Source: Mobula hypostoma (lineage: Eukaryota). Taken from it: a stretch of 64,000 bases of DNA. Under the pieces are notes generated by a model, which saw nothing but the letters and a program-made list of their open reading frames with translations, was not told the origin of the DNA and made no database searches. Within the stretch, counting starts at the first letter, position 1, and each line of letters opens with the position of its first letter. The stretch spans positions 181,352,001 through 181,416,000 of the forward strand of contig NC_086097.1 of the NCBI RefSeq assembly GCF_963921235.1. Direction: 5' to 3'. A program made the position numbers and the translations under genes. Positions 53,205 to 64,000 of the stretch are shown here, piece by piece.

Positions 53205-54170
53205 TAAGTTGCTGAACAAACTCAGTCAGGTGACGTCTGGAGAAAAATGGACAGTGGGAGTTTTACATTGAGACCCTTCGTCTGGGGTCTCAACCCATAA
53301 TGACTGTCCATTTCCAAACAAGAAAAAATCTGCAGATACTGGAAGTCCAAGCAACATGCACAAAATGCTGGAGGAACTCAGCAGGCCAGGCAGCATCTAT
53401 GGAAAAGAATACAGTCAATGTTTCGGGCTGAGACCCTTCAGCAGGACTGGAGGAAAAAAAGATGAACAGAGTTAAAAGGTGGGGAGTGGAGAGGAAGAAA
53501 CACAAGGTGATAGGTGAAACTGGGAGGGGAAGGGTGAAGTAAAGAGCCGGGTGGTTCATTGGTGAAAGAGATACAGGGCTGGAGAAGGGGGAATCTAATG
53601 GGAGAGGACAGAAGGCCAAGGAAGAAAGAAAAGGGGAGAGGAGTAGCTGAGGGTGGGCAAGGAGACAAGGTTGGAGAGCGAAAAGGGGATGGGGAATGGT
53701 GAAGGAGAGTTGGGGGGTGCATTACTGGAAGTTCGAGAAATCAATGTCCATGCTATCGGGTTGGAGGCTACCCAGACGGAATACAAGATGTGTGGCCTCA
53801 TTGCGACAGTAGAGGAGGCCATGGATAGACATATCAGAATGAGAATGGGAGTGGAATTAAAATGGGTGGCCACTGGGAGATCCTGCTTTTTCTAGCGGGT
53901 GGAGCATAGGTGCTTGGGGAAGCAGTCTCCCAATCTACGTCGGATCTCACCGATATATAGGAGGCCACACCAGGAGCATCAGACACAGCATATAAGCCCA
54001 ACAGACTCGCAGGTGAAGTGTTGCCTCACCTGGAAGGGCTGTTTGGGATCCTGAATGGTAGTCAGGAAGGAGGTGTAGGGGCAGGACTGTCCATTTTCCT
54101 CCATAGATGCTGCCTGATCTGCTGAGTTCCTCCAGCAACTTACTGGCCTAGATTCCAACACCTGCAGTAT
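53205..54170. mobile_element. Nested PLEs: an older 5'-truncated PLE (53316-54084, minus) inserted in a small palindromic PLE-end element
   Basis: The insert encodes QPFQVRQHFTCESVGLICCV and a degenerate hammerhead (53413-53448). TSD gactgtccatttcc (53302-53315) / gactgtccattttcc (54085-54099). Host arms taagttgctg...ttgagaccc / gggtctcaa...cagcaactta. Confidence 0.8.
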
Positions 54171-54589
54171 TTAATGTTTGCTAATGGGTCATAGAACTGA
54201 GGAATGTTGCTCTGTGTACTCAGTTCTTCCTGTCCTCTGTGCAGGATCTGGTTGGCATGGTCTGGCTATGGAGATTAGTTTGGGTTCAGGGAGGGTCCAC
54301 AGCTAGATTTTGCTTGATTGAGGACAGGTGTGGGGATACAATGTATTCCACAACTGTCATTGATCAGTGTAACCAAGCATTCCATGAACCTTTGGGAGGT
54401 TGTACAGTAGAGGACTGACCTGGCACAGCATCACCATTACCAGAGAGGTGGGCAGGTGAGGAATCTCATCACAGAATTGAGAGACTGTAGACTTGCTCCC
54501 AGATTTAATGACTGAGGTCAAACCCAGCAAACTGGAGTTGTTCAGAAAGGTGAAAGGAATTGGACACAGGAAAGAAAACATTCCATAAG

Positions 54590-55105
54590 ACTGGTTAGAC
54601 CATACTGGGAATGTTGTATTCAATTCAGGTTGCCTTATTATAGGAAGGATGTGGAAGCTTTAGAGAGGATGCAGAGGAGATTTACCAGGATGCTGCCTGA
54701 ATTGGAGAGCATGTCTCCTGAGGAAAGGTTGAGTGAGGGAGGGAGGATGAGAAGTGAATTTATAGAGGTGTACAAGATGATAAGAGGCATAGATTAAGTG
54801 GGCAGCCAGTGCCTTTTTCCCAGGGCAGAAATGGCTAATACAAGAGGGCATAATTTTATGATTATTGGAGGAAAGTAAAGCAGGAGTGAGAGAGAGAGGT
54901 TTTTTTTTACACAGAGTGGTGGTTGTGTGGAACACACTGTCAGGTGTCATGGTAGATGCAGATATAAATGGGACATTTAAGACACTCTTAGATCATAGTT
55001 TAAGTAAAAATGGAAATTCGGGAGGGAATAGTTAGATTGATCTTGAAGTAGTTTAAAAGTTCAGCACAACATTGTGGACCAAAGGGCTTGTACTGTTTTA
55101 TGTAC
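54590..55105 (+). mobile_element. CR1 3' fragment
   Basis: aggaaggatgtggaagctttagagaggatgcagaggagatttaccaggatgctgcct (RKDVEALERMQRRFTRMLP). Confidence 0.85.
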
Positions 55106-56504
55106 TTCCTGAAGAATCACTCTCAACCTTGGGATAGCCACGTGCACTTAACAAGCACCGAATTACTTCGTTCTAAAGCGTGATTTTCTTTGCAACTTGA
55201 GAAAGTAAGATCTTGTTCAGAGATGGGAGGTGGCAGTGCAATAATAGGCAGATGTTGACTGAGGATGGGCATTGACCAGAGCACTGCACCTGCCTGCAGG
55301 ACCTCAGTTTAAAGTCACAGCTTGGATTGTGTGCACTAATCTCGGCAACAGAACTTGAACCTTTGTGGAGGTGAGAATGTTGCCCACTGGACTGTGACTT
55401 CTGTGGGTTGGAATGACCTGTTTTTTTTTGTTAAACCCCAACAGACCGAATGGATCTGTAAACAAGTATCAGTATATTTTGTCAGGTTATTTTAAAATGT
55501 GGAATTTGTAGACAAAATTTTGCCCGAAGCACTTGACTCTTTTCCACTGGGACAATAGGAGTAGTAATTAGTATGAGCTGGGAAGTCTTTCTCATGGAGG
55601 AAAACAAAGGAGAAATTCATTGCTACCTCTCCATAAATCATACCTGGCTGATGGCTGTCTTGGTGGGGGGACCCTAGAAAGAGGCTTTCAGACATGCCAA
55701 ACGTTTCACCAGTGTTAGTGGAGCATTAGAGTGAATCAGCTGCTTTGCTACAGTGCTGGATTATTCGCAGGTCAGGCAGCATCAGTGAAGAGAGCAGGAG
55801 AGTCCAATGATCAACACTGTCCCTTCTCGGAGGAGCTGCTGAAGCTTGCCTTTGTGTGTGGTCGTAATCACTGAACCAGACAACTTTCTGCTGAGTCTAC
55901 TCAGCAATGAAGCCAGCCCTCACTGAGATGCTGGGAACTAGAATCACCTGGCCTTCACATTGGTGGGTAGCTGCACCCCACCATTCAGTGGTCCTGCTTT
56001 GCCTGAAGGGGCCTCCAGCTGAGTGAAAATCCAGCCATTCCACCAAATACTAACTTCTTATTTTGAGTCTGTTTTAGCCAAACAACTCGTTTGAGGAAAT
56101 AACCCAATGAAGGGAACTTTTGTAAAAAGAATAATAACATGTTTCAATCTTGTGCTTTCTCCTAGACTGTTAACGCAGTAACCGGCTGTGAAATTTCTCA
56201 GCTGTGTCTTTTGCAGTGGGGTTGTAGAGTGTGTGAGGATATGACGAAGCCAATCAAGGGGTTCGGATTAGCCAACTGTGAAATGAAGGAAGCGATGTCA
56301 TTAGCACAACAGTTGCAGGATGCAGCAGGTGTCTTGGAGAATATTGGCTGTGTTGCTCCCACAATTTATCTGTTGGTGCTGGATGGGCATCAGGTCCCAG
56401 GTTGTGGCTGAATGAGATTTCATCAGAACCTTGGACGGTTGTAAGCTTGCCGCAGACTGGGCTTGATCTGAATGAGAGCATGACAGTAGTGATGAAAAGA
56501 TCTT

Positions 56505-57705
56505 AGAAACATGGAAACTTAGAAAACCTACAGCACAATACAGGCCCTTTGGCTCACAATGCTGTGCTGAACATGTACTTAATTAGAAATTACCTGAGGT
56601 TACCCACATCCATAAGGTTTTTCTAAGCTCCATGTACCTATCCAAGAGTTTCTTAAAAGACCCTATCGTTTCCGCCTCCACCACCGTCGCCAGCAGCCCA
56701 TTCCTCACACTCACTATACTTTGCAAAAAAAAAACTTATCCCTTACATCTCCTCTGTACCTAATTCCAAGCACCTTAAAACTGTGCCCTCTTGTGTTAGC
56801 CATTTCAGCCCTGGGAAAAAGCCTCTGACTATCCACATGATCAGTGCCTCTCATCATCTTATACACCTCTATCAGGTCACCTCTCATCCTTCGTTGCTCC
56901 AAGGAGAAAGGGCCGAGTTCACTCAACCTATTCTCGTAAGGCATGATCTCCAATCCAGGCGACTTGTAAATCTCCTCTGCATCCTTTCTATAGTTTCCAC
57001 ATCCTTCCTGTAGTGAGGTGACCAGAACTGAGCACAGTACTCCAAGTGGGGCCTGACCAGGGTCGTATATAGCTGTAATATTACCTCTCGGCTCTTAAAC
57101 TCAGTCCCACCGTTGATGAAGGCCAATGCACCATATGCCTTCTTAACCACACAGTCAACCTGCACAGGAGCTTTGAGTGTCCTATGGACTTGAACCCCAA
57201 GATCCCTCTGATCCTCCACACTGCCAAGAGTCTTACCGTTAATACTATATTCTGCCATCATTTTTGACCTACCAAAAAGAGCCACCTCACACTTATCTGG
57301 GTTGAACTCCATCTGCCACTTCTCAGCCCAGTTTTGCATCCTATCGATGTCCCACTGTAACCTCTGACAGGCCTCCACACTATCCACAACACCCCCAACC
57401 TTTGTGTCATCAGCAAACTTACTGACCCATCCCTCTACTTCCTCATCCAGGTCACTTACAAAAATCACAAAGAGTAAGGGTCCCAGAACAGATCTCTGAG
57501 GCACACCACTGGTCACTGACCTCCATGCAGAATATGTCCTGTCTACAACCACTCTTTGCCTTCTGTGGGCAAGCCAATCTGGATCCACAAAGCAATGTCC
57601 CCTTGGATCCCATGCCTCACTTTCTCAATAAGCCTTGCAATAGGGTAGCTTATCAAATGCCTTGCTGAAATCCATATACAGTACATCTACTGCTCTACCT
57701 TCATC
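56505..57705 (-). mobile_element. CR1 RT plus 3' UTR
   Basis: SGVPQRSVLGP, VSKFADDTKVGG, RPHLEYCAQFWSP; closely similar to 20114-21283. Confidence 0.93.
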
Positions 57706-58872
57706 GAGGGAGGTGTCCTCCTTTTTTAAAGAAAGGGGCTTCCCTTCCTCCACCATCAACTCTGCTCTCAAACGCATCTTCCCCCATTTCACGCACATCT
57801 GCTCTCACTCCATCCTCCCGCCACCCCACTAGGAATAGGGTTCCCCTGGTCCTCACCTACCACCCCACCAGCCTCCGGGTCCAACATATTATTCTCCGTA
57901 ACTTCCGCCACCTCCAATGGGATCCCGCCACTAAGCACATCTTTCCCTCCCCCCCCCCCCCCCGCTTTCCGCAGGGATCGCTCGGTACGCGACTCCCTTG
58001 TCCATTCGTCCCCCCCATCCCTCCCTCCTGGCACTTACCCTTGTAAGCGGAACAAGTGCTACACATGCCCTTACACTTCCTCCCTTACCACCATTCAGGG
58101 CCCCAGACAGTCCTTCCAGGTGAGGCGACACTTCACCTGTGAGTCGGCTGGGGTGGTGTATTGCATCCGGTACTCCCGATGTGGCCTTCTATATATTGGC
58201 GAGACCCGACGCAGACTGGGAGACCGCTTTGCTGAACACCTACGCTCTGTCCGCCAGAGAAAGCAGGATCTCCCAGTGGCCATACATTTTAATTCCACAT
58301 CCCGTTCCCATTCTGACATGTCTATCCACGGCCTCCTCTACTGTAAAGATGAAGCCACACTCAGGTTGGAGGAACAACACCTTATATTCCATCTGGGTAG
58401 CCTCCAACCTGATGGCATGAACATTGACTTCTCTAACTTCCGCTAATGCCCCACCTCCCCCTCGTACCCCATCCGTTATTTATTTTTATACACACATTCT
58501 TTCTCTTATTCTCCTTTTTCTCTCTCTATCCCTCTGACTATACCCCTTGCCCATCCTCTGGTTCCCCCCCCCCTTGTCTTTCTCCCCGGACCTCCTGTCC
58601 CATGATCCTCTCATATCCCCTTTGCCAATCACCTGACCAGCTCTTGGATCCATCCCTCCCCCTCCTGTCTTCTCCTATCATTTTGGATCTCCCTCTCCCC
58701 CTCCCACTTTCAGATCTCTTACTACTCTTCCTTCAGTTAGTCCTGACGAAGGGTCTCGGCCTGAAACGTTGACTGTACCTCTTCCTAGAGATGCTGCCTG
58801 GCCTGCTGCGTTCACCAGCAACTTTGATGTGTGTTGCTTGTTTCCAGCATCTGTAGAATTCCTGTCGTTTGC
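57706..58872 (+). mobile_element. Penelope-like copy 4, 5'-truncated, single orientation, no TSD seen
   Basis: Intact endonuclease segment FTCESAGVVYCIRYSRCGLLYIGETRRRLGDRFAEH...EEQHLI...GMN, followed by pLTR and tail. Confidence 0.92.
58739..58774 (+). ncRNA. Minimal hammerhead ribozyme (GUU triplet variant)
   Basis: agtcctgacgaagggtctcggcctgaaacgttgact. Confidence 0.7.
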
Positions 58873-59830
58873 ATTTCTACCTACAAGGATATTGCTCCCC
58901 CTTGAGTTCAGGTGCAACCCATCCAACCTGTATAGGTCCCACCTTCCCCAGAAGAGATCCCAATGATCCAAAAATCTGAAGCCCTGCCCCCTGCACCAAC
59001 TCCTTAGCCACGCATTTAACTGCCATCTCCTCCAATTCTTACCATCACTGTCACGTAGCACTGGCAGCAATCCTGAGGACGCCACCCTTGAGGTCCTGTT
59101 CTTCAGCCGTCTGCCTAGTTCCGGAAACACACTCTTCAGGACCTCATCCCTCTTCCTGCCTATGTCATTGGTGCCAACGTGTATCACGACTTCTGGTTGC
59201 TTTCCCTCTCGTACCAGGATGTTGTGCACCCGGTCAGAGACATCCTGGACCCTGGCACCCGGGAGGCAACAAACCATGCGGGTGTTCTTCTCACGTCCAC
59301 AAAATCTCCTGTTTGCTCCCCTGATATAGAGTACCCAGTGACGACAGCTCTCCTCTTCTCTGTCCCACACTTCTGCACCACAGGGTCAGACTCAGTGCCA
59401 GGGGCCCTGCCACCGTGGATCACACCTGGTCGGTCATCCCCTCCAACGGTATCCAGGACGTCAAACTTTACTCACCTTCCCTTTCCCCCCTCTGACTGTC
59501 ACTCAATGACCTGCTTCTGGCAGCCTAGGTGTGACTACCTCCTTGTAGCTCTCATCTTTGACTGCCTCATTCTCCCTTATGAGTCGAAGGTCATCCAGCT
59601 GCTGCTCCAGATTCCTTACATGGTCTTCCAGATTGCCCAGCCGCATGCACTTCTGGCAGATGTGACTCTGCGGGAGAGTGGAGTTCCCCTAAGACTGCCA
59701 CATCTCACATGAGAGGCACATGACCATCTCAGGAGGCATTGTAAAGACTAAATGGGAACAAGCTCGTCCTCCGCCTCTTCTCATCAAAGCCTCTCAAGTC
59801 AAAGCCTCAAAGCTCCACTCCTTCGCTGGC
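58873..59830 (-). mobile_element. CR1 ORF1 (SGNH esterase) and 5' region
   Basis: CCLPGARVQDV, HVGTNDIG, FLDHWDLFWGR..DGLHLN. Confidence 0.9.
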
Positions 59831-61814
59831 ACTCTCACTCACTTGTCGCTTTCCACAGTACTCACTGGCCACTTTTCCTATTGAAGAGCAAAACACTTCC
59901 TTCATTTCATTGTGAAGGTCTTGTTGCACTTCTTAATATCAAGCTGATGACTCTTTGAGATTATTGGACAAGCTGCAATGCACTGTGGGAGTTTCAAGGA
60001 CGTGTCAAGTTTTGTAAAAATACAACTTGCTTTACCTTAACCTGTAGAAATCGGGAAGAAAATCACAACTTTCACCAGCGACAAAATCAAGCTGTATTAC
60101 TTAATGTCTTTAATTTGAGAACACGTACTGTGCCCGTTATAATTGTTACTGTCATAGAGATTAGTAACAGAGGTTACCAGATTGGTCAGGGAGGCAGAGA
60201 ACTGCGGTCTTTCGGAAGGGAATTCCAAAGTGTGGACCCTGACATTAGAAGGTATGGTCAGGAATCGTGGATTGGAAAATTATAAGAGGCCCAAGAGCCA
60301 AGCTTTGTAGGTCACAAAGAGGTCATTGAAACATGGAGGGACTGAGCTGCAAAGAGATGTAGGAACAAGTCGTTAACACTGAGATGCAGTGAATGGACTT
60401 CCAGGCAGCATATTAGAAGGGATATAGACAGTTAACGATTTGAATCAAGATCCTTCATCAAAATTGCTGAATTCCTTCAATACTATTTGCGCATTGCTCC
60501 ATATTCCAACCTCTGCAGTGTTTTGTCTCTTTGTTAACACTGAGCTTGTTGTCCTGTTGGGTGTGGGAGGGGCAGTGTTGCTCAGTGAGCACAGGGTGAA
60601 GACCTGAACAAGCTTGGAGAGGGGCAGTGGAGTTTGAGTCGGAGAAAAATGAATCATTCTCCATATTATCTTCCTCACCGTTGATTATTACGGAATCAGA
60701 GAATAACATCCACTCTGGAGTTCACACTTGGTCCACAACTCCTTCTGCACAGGGCTTTTCAAAGCTTCATTTGGACCTGACTCCACAGTCTCTTCAGCTA
60801 ACAAGACCCTTACTCCAACCTCTTGATGAGAAAAACAAAATGGGTGGATATTTTCCCTCAGTTACTTGTGTACAGTGTGCTTAAGTGTGGTCATGTTGTT
60901 TAGTTATCTGCTTCCAAAATTCACTTCTATTTGACAGAATGGAACAGATTTTTGGAAACTAATGTTATTTGTTCATTTATTAGGTTCCAGACACCAGCAA
61001 TAAGGCCAATGTTTATTGTCTGTTTCTAGTTCCTCTTAGATAGGCAAATAGATGAAAGAAAATTGGACAGCTATGTGGAATGAAAGGTTTTGATTGATTT
61101 TAGAGTAGGTTAAAATGTTGGCACGACATTGTATGCTGGGCCTGTCCTGTATTGTGCTTTACAGTTCTATGCTTTGTGCAGTAACTGCTGCCAAAAAGAA
61201 GGGAATGAACTACAGTCCAGGTAAAGATGCAGGTGGGCAGTGAGTTGCAAGGTTTAAAGCCAGTGATGATGAAAGAAGTGTGATATATTTATAAATCAGA
61301 ATAATGGATGGCTTTAAATAAAACATTCTAATGTATCTTTTGCCCTTGGAAGAGAGGTGCTGTTGGAGCAGCCTGGGTAAGTAACTTGGCGCATTTTATA
61401 CATGGTGCACCCTGAAGCTGCTGTGTACCGGCAGTGAGGGGAGGGAGTGTTCAGGATGGTGAAGGAAGGAGTTGTTTAGAGCGGATGGAAGAAGTATTTA
61501 GGGTGGAAGGAGGGAGTGCTTTGAGTGGTGGATGGGCTGTGATCAAACAGGCTGAATGACTCAAGCTTCTTGAGAGTTGTCAGTGCTGCCCTTAACTAGA
61601 CAGGTGGAGAGTATTCCTTCATATTCCTTATTGATGTCAGGCTCACCAACCTGGCTTATTGTTGGAGCCTTTTTTAAATAATGGAACAACATTAGCTGTC
61701 CTCCGGCACCTCACCCACAGTTAAGGATGTTTTAAATATGTCTGCTAGGGCTCCTGTGATTTGTGCACTAGCCTCTCATGGGTCTAAGGGAACACCTTAT
61801 CCAGCCCTGGGGAC

Positions 61815-62062
61815 TTATTTATTTATTTAATTATTTAATTATTTATTTCTGGGGGCCACACTGCCAGGCAATCCCCTGATTTTAATCCCAGCCTAATCAT
61901 GGGATATTTACAAAGACCAATTAACCTACCAACCAGTATGTCTTGGGACTGTGGAAGGAAATAGGAGCATCTGGAGAACGTACAAACTCCCTTCAGGCAG
62001 CGGTGGGAATTGAACCCAGGTTGCTGGTACTGTAAAGCATTGGCACTATGCTACCGTGCCAC
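61815..62062 (-). mobile_element. V-SINE/HE1-like SINE (similar decayed copies at ~4840-5110 and ~37500-37812)
   Basis: Reverse complement: ggcacggtagcatagtg (A box), gggttcaattcc (B box), ggagtttgtacgttctcc core; (ttta)n tail. Confidence 0.7.
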
Positions 62063-62306
62063 CCTACCCTAATTCTTTTGTGGATGACTATTAGGAATTA
62101 ATACACAGTTATTTAGTACTGTCATACTACTGGTAGTGTTCTAATTTGTTCTGTATTTCATTTAAATATGTAAATTGTTATTCAGTTAAATGGTAGTTTG
62201 TCTCTTTTATACCTTTTATCAATTTCCATGAAACTTCGGCTCATTTGGCAGCCGCTTCATTGGGCCAAAATGTACTGTTCCTGATGTGTCCCAATTAACC
62301 AGAATC

Positions 62307-64000
62307 TGTTGTGTATTTAATATTCTGGTATTGTTTGAGTAATCTTGTAAATATATCGTTTGATCAAGCATCTTTGTTATTTATATAATGCCTTATGCTT
62401 ACATGTAAAAATAGGTGAATTGCATACGGCATGACATTAAATCGTGATACATGCGTGCCTCACTTAACGTGAAAAAACTAAGTTAGACTTGCATTCCTGG
62501 CTCTCTTGTTTTTCTTTTTATCCATGTAATGTTTTTGGAGTTACAAAACATAACGGTGGCAGTGAGGTATTTTTAAAAGGAACCTGAGATGACCCCTATC
62601 TGTGGAAGTGCAGTGAGATGTTCAAGTATTTTTTTAAAAAGTAGAGCTTTGTGTGTTCTTTGGAAGGAGACCAAAGCAGTTGAGTTTTTTTAAAAAAGAC
62701 AGAAAACGGAAGAATTAACAGGTTCATAAACAGTGAGTACAAGGTGATAATAATCACTTTAAAAAAGCAGAAATGGCTGGCTACATTGGAAAGATAGATG
62801 TGTTCCATTATACATCACATGACTGAATTTTGTATACTGAACAATTTGAGCAGTATTTAGAGCTAAAGGAATAGCCATTGAGAAGCGATTGCCCATTTTG
62901 CTGAATGCATTGCATTTAAAGGGATACAATTTGCTTCGAAGTTTAACTGCTCCAACCAAACAAGCTGAAATGAGGTTTGCTGATATTGTGAAAGTAATGC
63001 AAGAACATTTAGAACCACAAAACCATTGTTGATTGCAGAACGCTTCAGGTTTCATAAGCAGAATTAGAAGGAAGGGCAGTCCATTTCAGCTCATGTGGCT
63101 GAATCAAAGAGGTTTTCTGAGCATTGTCAGTTCAATGACAGGCTTAATAATGCACTGAGAGATTGTTTAGTTTGTATAATATTACAAGAAAACATTTAAA
63201 AGTCTCCTACTTGAAGCACGACTTACATTTAAAAGCTGTTGAAATTGCTATCTCAGTGGAAACCACTGACAGAGATGCAATTGAGTTGTAGTCAGGAATG
63301 AAAGTGAGCGTGAACAAAATTGCAACAGAAAAACAGAAGTGTGCCTGACCAAACAAATTGTGTTATTATTGTGACCAGGGCTCACATACACCAGATCAAT
63401 CCAGGTTTAAATGTGAAACTTGCAGAAAAGTAGGACACATACAAAGAACTGTCAAGCATACAGGGATAAATGGACTGCACAGGGAAGAGAAAAGGGTAAA
63501 AGTCAAGTTGCAGTTTCAAAAAGAGCACTAATCTACATATTGATAAAAAATCTGATAATGAAGAACAAAGAGAGTGAAACAGGACTGAGTAGCCTTGAGA
63601 TTTACAGTGTGAAAACTAGCAATAGACAAGTAATATGCCTTACGCCAGACACCAACTGCAAGTTAATTAAAATGGAATTGGACAGTGGTTTGGCTATTTC
63701 AGTCATTCCATAAAATATGTTTGAACAGTATTTCAGCTATACTAAACTGAACCCTGCAGATATCCAACTAAGAATCTATACTGGAGAAAAAAAGGACTCC
63801 TATGGGAATGACATTTGTAACAGTGAAATACAACAAACAACAAGCCACATTGGGTTTGTGTATGGTAAAAACAGTACAGCCAGCATTATGGGGCTATGTC
63901 TGGCTGAGACAACTACAACCTGATTGGAGATCCATCCACCATTTACATGCCACTTCCCCTGTAAATAGAGTTAACTGAAAGCATATTAAGGAAGGTACAG
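62307..64000 (+). mobile_element. Gypsy/Ty3 LTR retrotransposon 5' end (LTR ~62307-62555, PBS-like site, decayed gag and protease); runs off the window
   Basis: TG...AAC(A/G) LTR-like ends followed by tggcagtgagg. Gag from ATG 62773: MAGYIGKIDVF...EQFEQYF...LLRSLTAPTK...IAERFRFH. Degenerate zinc knuckle at ~63361. Protease motif MELDSGLAISVI. Confidence 0.88.

Noticed and set aside
56211..56481. Possible host exon with acceptor-like sites
   Set aside because: The minus strand reads like a very old RT (LQLLCANDIA, similar to LLFADD), so it is more likely retroelement debris; too weak to annotate either way.
60445..60884. Short ORFs in unique sequence (also ~10030-10208, 15223-15453 and 30355-30567)
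   Set aside because: No recognisable domain and no convincing paired splice sites.
62090..62306. Possible pogo/Tigger-like MITE end interrupted by the Gypsy LTR (gtcccaattaaccagaatc)
   Set aside because: The matching terminus is not identifiable in the window, so support is insufficient.

Overview
Repeat-dense vertebrate genomic DNA, most likely from a cartilaginous fish (ray/shark-type CR1, Rex1/Babar and V-SINE/HE1-like families; inferred, not proven). It is probably mostly intron or intergenic sequence. No intact cellular protein-coding gene is visible, only one candidate start-codon exon (38706-38853, +) and a possible upstream non-coding exon near 32.2-32.8 kb. Nearly all ORFs in the track are transposon debris or microsatellite translations. 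Elements seen: a near full-length but disabled CR1 (esterase ORF1 plus APE-RT ORF2), many CR1 and Rex1 fragments, a HERO-type RLE retroelement relic, Tc1 remnants and MITEs, SINEs, and the 5' end of a Gypsy LTR element. The most notable system is a young Penelope-like (Neptune-type GIY-YIG) family. Its copies are integrated as fold-back (inverted pLTR) structures with 14-15 bp target-site duplications, a fixed short-arm breakpoint and a ~33-nt tail. Each arm carries a minimal hammerhead ribozyme with a loop-less palindromic helix III. The family has also produced a series of tiny palindromic or ribozyme-bounded non-autonomous derivatives. Coordinates were read by eye: junctions with TSDs are exact, old repeat boundaries are approximate.
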